Below the pieces are notes generated by a model. It was not told the DNA's origin. It saw only the letters and a list, made by a program, of their open reading frames with translations, and made no database searches. A program made the translations under genes and the position numbers. Positions 36,040 to 49,191 of a stretch of DNA of 64,000 nucleotides are shown piece after piece (positions within the stretch are counted from its first letter, which is position 1; each line of letters opens with the position of its first letter). The DNA comes from Hypanus sabinus (taxonomy: Eukaryota), in the NCBI RefSeq assembly GCF_030144855.1, contig NC_082731.1:9982001-10046000 (forward strand), read 5' to 3'.

Positions 36040-39000
36040 CAGAACTAGGCAGTTCGGCGCATCGGTATGCTCCACCATTATCTGCACGCAAAGACTTATC
36101 CAGAATCTATCAACCAGAGCTTTAAATACTCTCGAGGATCTGGCCTCTATCTACACCGTGTATGCCAACGAAAAACACAGATTCACCACCCTCCGGCTAA
36201 TAAAAAATTCATCCTCATCTCCTTTCTAAATGGACGTCCCTCGGTTCTGACGTTGTGCCTTTTGATTCTAGACTCGCTCACAATAGGAACCATACTTTCC
36301 TTGTCCACATTATTTAGGCCTTTCCACACTTGATACGTTTCAACGTGACCACCCTCTTAATTTTACTAAATTCCAATGAATAAACGCTCCTGTGATAGAC
36401 GTTTAAAATCGTAATCACTTTTGTGAATTTCCTTTGAACTTTCTACAGTGTCATCACATTCTTTCTAAGAGGCCTCAAACTGCTCACAATCAAGGATGTA
36501 ATGCTTTATAAGGCACTGGCAATGAGGTTTTATATTCTAGTCCTCTCGAAATGAATGCTAAAATTGCATTTGCCTTCCTGATCACCAATTCAACTTGCAA
36601 TTAACCTTTAGAGGAATCCTGCACGAGGACACCCAAGTCCCTTTACACCACAGATTCTTTGAAATGTCTCCTCATTGTAGTCTGGACCTTAATTCCTTCT
36701 ACCGATGTGCATGACCATACACTTCGTCTTTCTATTCCAAATGTTTCTTTTTTGCTCATTGTCCCAATCAGTCTAAGTCCTTCCGCAGACTCCCTGTTTT
36801 CCCAACACTACCCGATTCTCAGCATATCTGGAATCCTCTGCAAACGGCCACAAAGCCATCAACTCTGTCATGCAATTCATTGGCATATAACGTAAAAAGA
36901 AGCGGCCCAACAGACGACTGTAGAATACCAGAGTCTCCACAGCCAACCAATACAGACTTGCATTATTCCCTCTCTTTGTCTCCTGCCAATTAGCCAATGC
37001 TCTGACCATGCTAGTATCTTTCCTCTAATACCGACGCTACTTCTTCAAAGGGTTCGAAATGATTTGTGAGGATTTTCCCTTAAAGAAACTATTCTTTCAA
37101 GTATCCCGAAGCCTCAGCCTTAACAATCGAATCAAGGAATTTCTAACCAGAGAGGTAAGCTTAACTGGCCTATAATTTACTTTACTCAACCTCCCTCCTT
37201 TCCTGAAGAGTGGAGTGACATTTGGAATTTTACATCCCTTCGGAATCATCCCAGAATCTAGTGATTCTTGAAAGATCACTACTAAAGATTCCACAATCTC
37301 ATCAGCTACCACTTTTAGAACCGTAGGCTGTAGTCCATTTGGTCCAGATGACTAATCCACCTGCAGTCCTATCAGCTTTCCAAGCACCTTCTCCCTAGTA
37401 ATGCAATATCTCCGATCCATGCTTTATTACGCTTGCTGTTCCTTACTCTACCTATAACGATTCTACATCTTTGATCCTATATCACCTCTTCTCAGGATTG
37501 AATTTCATTTTCTCCCAACAGTATCACGCCATCCCTTCTGCCTACCTGCCTGCTCTTTCCATACAATGTGTATCCTTGGACGCTGAGCTCCCAACTATAA
37601 TCTTATTTTAGCTATGACTCAGTGATGCCTACATCGTCATAACTGCCAGTCTGAAACTGCGCTACAAATCAGCTACCTTATTTCGCAAACTGCATGCATT
37701 CAAATATAAGATCTTCTGTTCGGTATTCGTCACCATTTTTCCACGTCCCCCTGTAATACTGCAACTCACTGACTGTCATTTTGCCCAATTATCTATCTGA
37801 CCTTCTTGAAAATCCCACTGCACACTGCCTCTGCTTGCATACCAGCTGCCACATCCTCAGCACTATCTCACTGTCTCCCATCACCTCGCCAAGTTAGTTG
37901 AAACCCTCTTCAACAGCTCTTGTAAACATTATCGCAAGTATATTGATCCCCAAACACGCTCCTATTGTGTAGGTCATCCAGAAGAGATCCCAATGATCTT
38001 AAACAGTGCCCCTGCACTATTTCCTCAACCATACATTCATCTGCTAGACGATCCAACTTTGAACTTCACTGTTGAACTTCACTGCACAGGCAGAACTCCA
38101 GAGAGTACAGTCCAACACTAGAGGTCCTGGTTTTCAGCTTTTTGCTTAGAAGCTTAAATTCTCTCTTTAGGACTTCTCCCTTTTCCTACCTATGGCATTG
38201 GTGTTACTGTGTACCCAGACTTCTGTCTGCTCATCTTCCCCATTTAAAATCCTCTGGATCCATTCTGAGACGTCTCTGAATCTTGCACTTAGGAAGCAAC
38301 ATACCATCCGGGTGACTCTATCGTGTCCATAGATTCTGGCGTCAACTGTTCCTATCACTAGTTCAGTCCTCTTTTGTCCCCTTTCCTTTTGAAACATAGC
38401 AGCAGATGCAGTTCCAGAAACACTAATGCTGCGGTTTCCCCCTGCTGNNNNNNNNNNNNNNNNNNNNNNNNNNNNNNNNNNNNNNNNNNNNNNNNNNNNN
38501 NNNNNNNNNNNNNNNNNNNNNNNNNNNNNNNNNNNNNNNNNNNNNNNNNNNNNNNNNNNNNNNNNNNNNNNNNNNNNNNNNNNNNNNNNNNNNNNTACTT
38601 ATTATTGTCGGGAACAGCCACAGAGATATTCTGCATCGGCTGCCGATTTTCTGTTCTTCTCCGCACCATGCTTAGACGTGACCACTCCCTGTAGATGCTA
38701 TTTCTCACCTCCTAATTTTCCCATATGAGCTGAAGGTCAACGAACTGCAACTCCAGTTCCATAACACGTTGTTTGAGGAGCTGCTGTTCGGTGAACCTGA
38801 TGCAAATGTGTTTATCCAGAAGGATGGAGATCTCCCAGGGTTTCAATTCTGAGATAAATAGCACAACAAGTCCCTGGAGCAATCCTCACTGCTCTCTGAA
38901 CCAACCGAGGAAGGTTGTAGAAGAAGAATATAACCAGGTACTTGCCTTGCCCAAGCGTGTTGTCGCTCAAGCCTGGTGAGTCAGATCCTCCCTACTCCAA

Positions 39001-39240
39001 CACTGGTCCACTCACACAATGACTGCTCTGCTTGTCGCTTCCTCGTTTTTATTTGTTCACTTGCCCACCTCATGGAAAGTACGCAGGTGATTGAGAGGTC
39101 ACCTCTCACGAATCTGGCGCAGTCATCCGTGAAAAGGCCCAGAAGGAATGAGGCTTTTAATCCCATAGTATCCAATGTGAGCCCAACCTCGTCCATCCTG
39201 CAAACTGTAGGGATCAATGTATTTTCCAAATAGGATCACG
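36040..39240 (-). mobile_element. Long degraded CR1 (ORF1 plus ORF2 pieces) spanning the assembly gap
   Basis: ORF 37097-37312 (IFQESLDSGMIP...NVTPLFRKGGR). ORF1 esterase-like RMVCCFLSARFRDVSE...EVWVH in ORF 38167-38397. RRRTENRQPMQNISVAVPDNNK lies on the other side of the gap. Confidence 0.8.
38448..38595. other. Assembly gap (148 N)
   Basis: Directly visible; both flanks are collinear CR1 ORF1. Confidence 0.99.
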
Positions 39241-39959
39241 GATTTTGCCTGCACGCACCCTTCAGACAGTGACTTCATAACCCCAGCAACATTATGGATG
39301 TGATTCCTTATCCATTTACCCTCAACTGGTCCAACGTTTTAATTAAATCTGCCCACCAAATCTATTCATCCTTGGCTTCTGACTCCTTTGCTGACATGAA
39401 CTTACAAGGCAAGAATGCAAATATACAAATTAGGAAATGGACCTGGCCATGCCGTCGATAATCCTACTTTTCTACTTCACCGTTGTCCGTCTTATTATGA
39501 GCTCTAAACTTCACTTCCCACCCGTGATATGTGATTGTCCTTTGCTTTGTATGTACGCATCCATCTCTCCTTTCAAAAGTATTGCAATATCCTTCTACTG
39601 CATGTAAGTAATTCCAATATTTGTAATACACTACAAGAGAAAAGAAAACTTTACCTAGACTCTGTCATAATAGAGGGACCTCATATTTATGCTCCAGCTT
39701 CGTCTAACAAGCGAAAGACGTGCAGCTGGCTCGTTAATTTTCAAAAGAATATTGTTCACAGTTCTTAGAACAATGATAGAACTTGAGTGGAATTGATGTG
39801 ATTCTGGAGGCGAATAAACCAAAATGGATTCATGTTGAATCAGAGTAAGAAACTTGTACAAGTTCTGCACACGTTCGGTAGATCGAAACAGTTGTTTCTA
39901 TTTTAGTTTTCGTTTGTTGCTTTTACTTTATTCAGAGATACAGCACAGAAAGGACATTT

Positions 39960-40560
39960 TTTCGCAACTAGTAACGCCACCCTGTAACTCTCCTACTTAA
40001 CCCTAACCTAATAAAAGGACAATCTACTAACTGGTCTGTCTTTGGACTATAGGAGTTAAAGAGAGTATCGGGAGGGAACCCGCACGGTGTCGGGGAGACC
40101 GAGCAAACTCCTTAGACATGGCGCAGGAATTGAACTCCAAAATAAGACCGGCCGAGCTGCAATAGCATTGTGTTAACTGCTGAGTTACCATGTGCCTTCT
40201 GCTTCACCAAACCTCTTTCTAAATATCCACGTTTCCTTCGTCCTTATCGTTTAGACTAATTATAAATATTCGAGACCCAATACATATCCACGTAATTCTA
40301 GCGAGCACTAGCCATACCGCTATTACAATGTCGGCTGTAAGATTGGGGTTCAATTCCTGTCTGTCAGGAGTTTGTACATTCTTTTCCGTGATTGCGTGTG
40401 TTTTCTCCAGGTGCTCCGTTTTTCTCCCATATTCCAAAGCCGTATGCTTAGGGTTAGTGAGTGTGAGCATGCTATGTCGGCGCCGGAAACAGCGATTGCT
40501 GCAAGCTGCCCAGCACGTTCCTGGCTAATTTGATTTGACACAAACGGCGCATTTCACGAG
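39960..40560. mobile_element. Two V-SINE/HE1-like SINEs in opposite orientation (about 39960-40180 minus, about 40290-40560 plus)
   Basis: ggggttcaattcc...ggagtttgtacattc...ggtgctccgtttttctcccatattccaaag core and its reverse complement. Confidence 0.7.
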
Positions 40561-40839
40561 TTTGCTTCAGCTTCATCCCACTGGGTACCGGAAGTCGTCT
40601 CTCGTAGTGTAAAACGGGAAGTTTAATAGGAAGGGTGGACTTGGAGAATTAAAGTGGCACAATGATCAATGTTATCTAATGCCAGGTTCATCTCAGCGGG
40701 CACACTGTAAACTTGCCATGTTGATTCCCACAATCAGTACACCTCAACACTCATCAACAGCCAGGTGCAGTTTGAGAAAATTGTAATAGTGCAGATTATA
40801 AAATACAGTGTTGTGTGCTATGGACAGATTGGTAACGTT

Positions 40840-42690
40840 TCAGATTATATTAGATTAGATTCAACTTTATTGTCATTGTGCCGAACACAGTTACAAAGCC
40901 AATGAAATGTAATTAGCATCTGACCAGATGTGCGAAAGAATAGTATTATTGAGAAAATACCTGTAAATAAAAAATTAAGTGCTACAGCATACAAATATGA
41001 AAGTACTGAGACAGTCCAATATGGGTGCAATTCTGTTTAGCGCTGTGATGTGAAGTTCAGCACAGTCACAGCCTCAGGGAAGAAGCTCTTCTTGAGCCTA
41101 CTGGTGCGGGAGCGGAGGCTCCTGTATCGCTTACCAGATGGGAGGAGAGTAAAAAGTCCATGGTTAGGCTGGGGTACATCCTTGATAATACTTTTCGCCC
41201 TGACCAGGCAGCTTCTATGGTAGATGATCCAATGGTGGGCATTTGGGTGCCGATAATCCACTGAGCAGTTTTCACCACCCGCTGGAGTGCTGTGCAGTCC
41301 GATACGGGACAATTGCCATACCATACTGAGGTGCAGTGCCCTACTCATAGTTTTCCTGTGAGTATTACATACATCATGATCATCAAACTACAAAGTTCAA
41401 AGTATAATCAAAGTACATATACGTCATCATATATCAGAGAGATGCCATCTCTCTGGCACTACATTCCTCCTTAGAACACCTGGAGAATAAAGACGCATAT
41501 GTAAGGCTCATTTTCATCGACTACAGCTCTGCCTTTAATACCATCACTCCGAATAAACGGATTCCTAAGCTCCGGAACCTGGGTCTTAGCACACAGATCT
41601 GCAGGTGGATCTTCAACTTCCTCACGGACAGGACAGGCTGTAAAAATAGGGGACAAACTCTCTTCTACAATCACTCTGAGCACCGGTGCCCAACAAGGCT
41701 GTGTATTCAGCCCCCTGCTGTACTCACTGTACACTCACTGTACTCACTGTACTGACTGTGTAGCCAAGTTTCCATCAAACTCAATATATAAGTTTGCTGA
41801 TGACACCACAATTCTAGGCCGTATCTTGGGTAATGATGAGTCTGAGTGCAGGGAGGAAATTAAGAACCTGGTGGCATGGTGCGCAGACAATAGCCTATCC
41901 CTCAATGTCAGCAAGACGAAGGAATTTGTTGTTGACTTCAGAAGGAGTAGCCTATCTAGCACAACCCTATCTAGATCGGTGGTGCGCAGGTGGAACAGGT
42001 CGAACTCTTTAAGTTCCTCGGGGTGAATATCACAAATGACCTGACTTGGTCAAAACAAGCAGAGTCCACTGCCAAGAAAGCCGAACAGTGCCTTTACTTC
42101 CTGAGAAAGCTGAAGAAATTTGGCCTGTGTCCTAAAACCCTCACTAATTTTTATAGGTGCACCGTAGAAAGCATTCTTCTAGGGTGCATCACAACCCTGG
42201 TATGGAAATTGTCCTGTCCAAGACCGGAAGAAGCTGTAGAAGATAGTGAACATAGCCCAGCACATTACACAAACCAATCTTCCATCCTTGGACTCACTTT
42301 ACACCACACGCTGTCGGAGCAGTGCTGCCAGGGTAATCAAGGACAAGACCCACCCAGCCAACACACTGTTTGTCCCACTTCCCTCTAGGAGAAGGTACAG
42401 GAGCATGATGATTCGTAGGGCCAGATTCGGGAACAGCTTCTTTCCAACTGTGATAAGACTGCTGAACATATCCTGACCCAGTTCCGGACCGTACCTTCAC
42501 AATATATGGACCTGACTTGCACTACCTTACTTTCCCTTTTCTATTTTCTAGTTATGATTTATAATTCACATTTTTATTATATTTATTTCGATTTGTACTT
42601 CAGGGAACATGAAGCGCAGAAGCAAAGATCACTGTGTTGATTGTACGCTCTAGCATCAATTGTTTGGTGACAATAAAGTATAAAGAATAA
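40840..42690. mobile_element. Rex1/Babar-like LINE fragments (about 40840-41440 minus, about 41460-42690 plus)
   Basis: KFADDTT...LNVSKTKEFVVDFRR (ORF 41826-42026), FKFLGVNITNDLTWS...LYFLRKLKKFG (ORF 41990-42388), and (gattaga)n and (aaagtat)n tails. Confidence 0.8.
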
Positions 42691-42694
42691 AAAA

Positions 42695-45110
42695 ATGGAA
42701 TGTGGGTCATTTAGACCAATATCCGTTCTTAATGTAGATTATAGATTATTTACCTCCATCATGGCCAAACGATTAGAAGAGTTTCTACCCATATTGATAC
42801 GTAACGATCAGATAGGTTTTATACAACGACGCCAGACACAAGACAATATACGAAGGACACTTCTCATTATGGATCATATACAAAAAATAAAATCGAAGCA
42901 ATAGTGATAAGCGTGGATGCTGAAAACGCATCTGATTCGGTTAATTGGAATTTACTTTACAGAGTTTCACATAGATTTGGTTTCCAAGACACAATTATTA
43001 AAACTATACAGACACAATATGACAATCCTACTGCTAGGCTTAAAATCAATGGATATTTATCAAATAGTCTTACCCTAGAAAGGGGCACGAGACATGGTTG
43101 TGCATCATCACCGCTACTCTTCGAGTTATATCTGGAACCATTAGCTCAATACGTCAGACAAAATGAAGATATCAGGGGAATTACTATTAAAGGGACAGAG
43201 AATATATAGGCTTGTTATACGGATGATATTTTGATCTATCCAGGGCAACCAACATACTCTTTACATAAGTTGATGCCATCCTTTGAACAATATGGTCAAT
43301 TATCAGGATACAAGATCAACATAGATAAAATCCAATTACTTTCATAGTACTATAGCCCACCAAGAAAAATTGAAAGTAGGTACCCCTGGGCATGGCACAT
43401 AGAATCTTTCAAATATTTGGGCATCATTATGCTAAGAGTTTTGGCAAAATTATCAGAAGTAATTTTCAGCGTTTATGTAAAAAAATTAAGGAAGATATGG
43501 CAAGATGGAATCTGATTCCTTTTTTCAGTCTCAGTTCAAGGATTGAGTCTATTAAAATGAATATACTGCCCAGACTGTTATATCTCTTTCAGACCATACC
43601 AATAGAGATTAATCAAAATCAATTCAATAATGGAACAAGATGTTATCAAGCTATATTTGGCAAGGTAAAAGGCCTAGAGTTCGTCTCAAAACTTTGCAAT
43701 TAGCAAAGGAAAAGTGTGGATGGGGCCTTCCTTCTCTTAGAGATTATTATTTTGCAGCACAATTGAAAGCTGTGATATGTTCGTGCAACCCACATATGAT
43801 GCTCAATGCAAAGACATTGAGGAGCGGGTACTTCCCATCCTCATACAAGCAATTGTGACTGATAACCTGCAAAGGTACATTAATACTATTGATAACCCAT
43901 GGGTGAAATTGACTCTTAAAATATGGAAAACTACTATAAAAGAATATAATCTCGAGGGAGATATTGCAATTCTTAAATGGTGTGCATTTGACTCGGATTT
44001 TTTACCAAATAAATTGGATGCTAGATTTAAGGACTGGACAGCTAAAGGAATAACAGTTCTTTGCAACATAATGAAAGAAGGAATACTGTTCAGTTTTGAA
44101 GAGAAACACTTATTAGAAAAACAAGATTTTTATTGGTATTTACAGATGCGACAATATTGTAATAAGACGCTTAAAATGTAACCAAGGCAAGTACATGCTT
44201 GGTAGAGCTATTTAGAAAAGCATATAATTCAGATAATAGTAGTAGAATCATTTCAAGCATCTATAAGGGGTTGTCAAATCTTAAAACACATTCGACTTCA
44301 TACATTAAAACAAAATTGTAGAAGGAAGGAGGGATAATTATATCTGCGGAAGAATGGACAATAATATGAAGGTATCAATGGAAGTGTTCCAGTTCACAGA
44401 AATGGAGGGAGTTTGGATGGAAAAACTTGATAAGATATTTTATTACAATCTTTCAGAAATCCCATTATGATAGTAACCTCCTTGTTTGCTGGAGAAATTT
44501 TGGGAATAAAAATGCAAATCATTATCATAATTTTTGGGACTGCCCTGTTATCAAAAATCTATTGGAGGGGGTACACAATGCCCTGCAAGATATCTTTAAA
44601 TGTGAAATACCCTTAGAGTGTAAGACCATATATTTTGGATATATACCTCAAGAATGGTTGAAAAGAGATACATATTTAATGAATATACTGTTGGTGGCTG
44701 GTAAAAAGACTCTTACAGGGAAATGGTTATCACAGGAGAGCCCAACTTTAAATACATGGATGGAAATTACAATGAACATTTACAAAATGGAGAAGATAAC
44801 AGCATCTGTTAATCATAAGCTGGAACAATTTGATTCATAATGGGAGAAAAATGGCTTAACTACATAATGCCTCATAGGACTGATTTTATTCTCACAAATC
44901 AATGAATATGTTGTAAAAGAGATCACTCCCTACTGGTACAAAGTTCTTTCCTTTTGCTTGTTGTTTTCTTTCCACTCTTCTACCAGTGATAACCTCATAT
45001 AAATATTCTCTGGAGATCTGTGACATATATGACTATATGATATATATGTGCAATGCTGAAAACCATCTTATGGACATGTTTGTCTGATGATGAACTTCAA
45101 TTAAAAATAA
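42695..45110 (+). mobile_element. 5'-truncated L1-clade LINE (RT to 3' end), frameshifted
   Basis: FRPISVLNVDYRL, DQIGFIQRRQTQDNIRR, ISVDAE...VNW, RGTRHGC...SPLLF, YTDDIL, IKMNILPRLLYLFQ, H.FWDCP; A-rich 3' end. Confidence 0.9.
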
Positions 45111-45508
45111 ATTACAAAAAAGGAAAGAAATAAATGAAAGGAATAAAGTAGTCGAGGCAACCATCCGACGACTCAAACCGTTAAACTTTGTGCTAAACAG
45201 GTCTTTCATTCTTGCATATATACATGGAATGACCTTAGACGTTGCATATTTTGCCACCTTTTTCCATCTAATATTTGCTTCCACGATCTAGCTTTCTGTG
45301 TTCTTTCCTCCCTCGGCTGGCTCCATACCTCTGACTATTCTACCACAAGCCACGGACCCTTTCCCCACTCCGGTATTTTATCACTGTCGTCCTTTCAGGG
45401 GAAGTCTGAATGTATCCGTCCCTTCACACTTCTTTATTATTAAATTGAAATCATTGCTAAGTTTCAGGTTCGTCATCAATAAATCATCCTCTCAATTTTG
45501 TGCTCTAG

Positions 45509-45811
45509 GATTCGCATTGTTTCTCAGAGATCCTACCGTTGAAGAAATGTGCACAAACAAAACTGCCACACTGGTCTGTGAAGTGATCGCCACAACTCCA
45601 GCTGAGGTTTCCATATCTTGGAGAGTGGGTGGAAAGGAAAGGCCTGATGGTGTTCAAACAGTACAAGCAACAAAGTTCGGAAGCCAATATCTGACAGTCA
45701 GCCGTTTGACCAGCAGCGTTGCCGAGTGGGACAGCGGGGTAGAATACTCCTGCTCGGTGCAGGACAATCAATTAGATACTCCGTTAGCAAAACGGACACG
45801 AAACACAAAAG
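45509..45811 (+). CDS. IgNAR: IgNAR constant exon orthologous to C2
   Basis: Acceptor tgctctAG 45507-45508, donor G|GTGGGT 45812, phase 1-1. LRDPTVEE...ATLVCEV...SW.V.GK.R.DGVQ...QYLTVSRLTSSV.EW.SGVEYSC...TP..KRTR matches nurse-shark C2. Confidence 0.95.
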
Positions 45812-46399
45812 GTGGGTGCAATAAGAGCAACCGAACTGCAAAGTAGTGTAGATGCAGAAAGAGGAACAGAAACTGCTGGATGTCAGGCAGCAGATTGCAG
45901 AGCAAAACAGGCATGACTGTGAGCGAGTTGCCCTCTGGTAAAGCTGTGTTGATACATAATTCAGGGGAAGACTCAGGGGAGTTGAGTGGGCAAAAGTTTA
46001 GGGGTAACACAAAGGGGAACATCTTTACTCAGAGAGTTGTAGCTGTGTGGAACGAGCTTCCAGTATAAGTGGTAGAGGCAAGTTCGATATTGTAATTTTT
46101 TTAAAAATTGGGTAGATATATGGACAGGAAAAGAATGGAGGGTTATGGGCTGAGTGCAAGTCGTTGGGACTAGGTGAAAGTGAGCGTTCGGCACAGACTA
46201 GAATGGCCGAGATGGCCTGTTTCCGTGCTGTAATTATTATACGGTTATATGGCTACATTAAATAGTTATAAGATGGGCGTTGCGACAATTACGTCACCAA
46301 TAACATTCTCGCCATATCCGTTGATGTCCTTACCGCTCAGAAAACGATCAACTTCCGCCTTAACTATATGTACGGGCGGCCAACACCTCAGTCTGTGGC

Positions 46400-48420
46400 A
46401 GAGCATTCCACAGATCTACTATTCGCTGGCTGAAAAAAATTCCTCGTTACCTCTGTTCTAAAGGGTCGCCCGTTAATGTTGAGGCTGCGCCATCTCGGTC
46501 TTGATACCCCACCTTAGAAAACATCCTTTCCACATCACCCTATCTCGTCCTCTCAACATTAAGGAGCTTTCAATGGGATCCACACGCATTCTTCTAAATT
46601 CCAGTGAGTACAGTCCCAAAGCTGCCATACGCTCCGCATATGTTTTCCCCGTCAGTCCTGGAATCATCCTCGGGAACCTCCTCTGGACTCTCTCCAATGA
46701 CAACACATCCTTTCTGTGATATTGGGCCCTAAACTGTTGACAATACTTTAGGTGCGGCCTAACTAGAGCCTCATAAACGATCAGCACAAACTCCTTGCCG
46801 TTATATTCTATTCCCCTCGAAATAAATGCCAACGTTGCATTGGCCTTCTTTACCACAAACTCAACCTGTAAATGAACTTTCTGGCAGTCTTGCGCGAGGA
46901 CATCTAAGTCCCTCTTCACCTCTGATATTTGACACTTTTTCCCATTTAGATAATAGTCCGCACTATTGGTTCCATTTACCAAAATGTATCATCATACATT
47001 TCCCAACACTGTGTTCCATTTGCCACCTTTTTGTCCATTCTTCCAATTTCTCTAAGCCCTGCTGCAATTGCATTGCTTCCTCAGCACTACCTGCTCCTCC
47101 ACCTTTCTTCATATAAGCCGCAAATTTTGCCACGAAGCCATCAATTCCATTATGTGAACCATTGATAAACAATGTGAAAAGCAGGTGTCCCATTCCTGAC
47201 CCGTGAGGAACACCACTAGTCCCCGGCAGCTAACCAGAAAAAGTCTCCTTTTATTCCCATTCACTGCCTCCTGTCTGTCAGCTATTCTGGAATCCATACT
47301 TGCATCTGTCCGGTAAAGAGATAGGGTTTTATCTTGTTGAGCAGCTTCAGTTGTGGCATCTTATCACACCACTTCTGAAAATCCAATTAAATGACATTCA
47401 CACCCTCGCCTCTGTCCACCCTGGTTGTTACTTCCTCGAAGAATTCTAAAAGATTTGTCAGGCAAGATTTCCCTTCACAGAAACCATGCTTACTTGACCT
47501 TTTTAACATCAGTCTCCAAGTACCTCAAAACTTCACCCTTAGTAATAGATTCCAACACTTCCCAACCACTGAGATTAGGCTAACTGGCCTATAACTCTCC
47601 CTCCTTAACGAGTGGAGAGACATTTGCCATTTTCCAGACTTCCAGGACCATGCCAGAATCAAGTGATTCTTGAAAGATCATGGCCAATGCATCCGTTATC
47701 TCCTCAGCAACCTCTCTCAGGAGTCTGGGATGTAAACCATTTGACCTAGGTGACTTACGTACATTAAGATCTTTAAGTTTGCCTTGCACTATTTTTCTTT
47801 GTAATAGAAATGGTACTCACTCCTGCTCCCTGATGCCCATTGACCTCTGGCACACTGCTAGTGTCTTCCACAGTGAAGATAGGTGCAAAGTACCCATTAC
47901 GTTCATCTGATATTTCTTTGTCCCCATTACTACCTCACCATCTTCATTTTCTAATGGTCCAATATTACCTCTCACCTCCCTTTTACCCTTTATATAATTG
48001 AAAAAAACTTTGAATATCCTGCTTTATATTATTGGCTAGTCTGTCCTCAAATGTCACTTTTCCACTTTCTATAGCTTTTTTTGTTGCATTTTGTCTGATT
48101 TTAAACGCTTCCCAATCATCTAAATTCCCACTCACTTCTGCTACCTTACATGCTCTTTCCTTGGCTTTTACACAGCCCTTATCTTCCTTTGCCAGCCACG
48201 GTTGCCTACCCCTTCCATTTGAGAACTTCTTCCTCTGTGTCACATATCTATCCTGCGCATTATGGAACTATTCCAAGAAACTTCAGCCATCTCTGCTCTG
48301 CCGTTATCTCCGCCAATATTCTCCTCCAATCCACCTGGACAAGCTCCTCTCTCGTGCCTCTGCAATTCCATCTATTCCATTGCGATACAGATACATGCGA
48401 GTTATGCTTCTCAATGACCC
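46400..48420 (-). mobile_element. Degraded CR1 (RT to 3' part)
   Basis: Minus-strand ORFs 46473-46982, 46963-47193, 47589-47789 and 47983-48243 carry CR1 RT motifs. Confidence 0.85.
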
Positions 48421-49191
48421 CAACTAACCAAACCGGTATGTTTTTCTTTGACTCTGGGAAGAAACTGGAGCAGCTGGGGAAAACCCGTGCATTCCACGCG
48501 GACAACGTAGAGACTCCTCATTGAACAGCGCAGGCATTAAAATCCGAACTCCAAAACGTTCCGAGCGGTAGTAGCGTCGCGCTGCCGTGGCTCCGTGTTG
48601 TTGGTTGGCAAAGGTCAGAACCAGTATTTGCCCCAAAGAAAATGATGAAAATCAATTATACAAGCACAAAGACATCATCGTATTAGATGGTTAGGGCAGT
48701 TTAGTACCCTTCAGGGGCTTCATGAGTGAACTCCTTTCCAGGATAAGCACAGATGCTCGTTTATGTCAGCATATTGAACAAATCCAGTCACAATCCTCAT
48801 CAAATGAAGCAGTCCATGTCTTGCGGGAAGATCGATATCAGATCCTAAAGTTGACACGGACTGCAAAGTGAGATTTCTGCGGCATAAGTTCAAGACAATA
48901 ACTAAAATAAATTGTAACAATCTGCTCCGCATATTCAATGGTTCACGCACAAGAACATTCAGACCACCCCGAACACCAACATTTTCCAGTTTCCGACCAT
49001 TGATAAAATATACTATCGTCATATTTATTTCTCCTCAGTCGATATCCTCAAGTTTTCCACGTAACATTCAATCTGCTGAGTACTTACCAATTTACTTATC
49101 TTGTGTACATCCCACCAAATTCTCCCAGAATCTTTCCCACAGCCCACGATTCCACATAACTTCTATTCCCAGTAAACAGACATATTGCAGT

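Noticed and set aside
38448-38595. C1 exon hidden in the assembly gap
   Set aside because: The gap is 148 N, shorter than a C exon (more than 300 nt), and both flanks are consecutive parts of one CR1 ORF1 (VAVPDNNK before, then KERGQKRTELVIG-type sequence after), so little sequence is likely missing. A long-read check is still advisable.
38800-39422. ATGCAAAT octamers at 38800-38807 and 39415-39422 as an intronic enhancer
   Set aside because: One is inside a CR1 and the other is isolated without clustered E-boxes; single 8-mers are expected by chance in AT-rich DNA of this length.
48742-48870. Possible C3 remnant (RL...EQIQSQSS...CL...KVDTDC vs RLL...EEIQSTSS...CL...KVSVSW)
   Set aside because: Needs several frameshifts, has no downstream half, and an equally weak competing match exists at about 53140-53290 (FQDQSSGKRVLRIRGS vs IQSTSSATLTCLIRGF). 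Two mutually exclusive hits suggest chance; GeneWise with real C3 sequences would decide.
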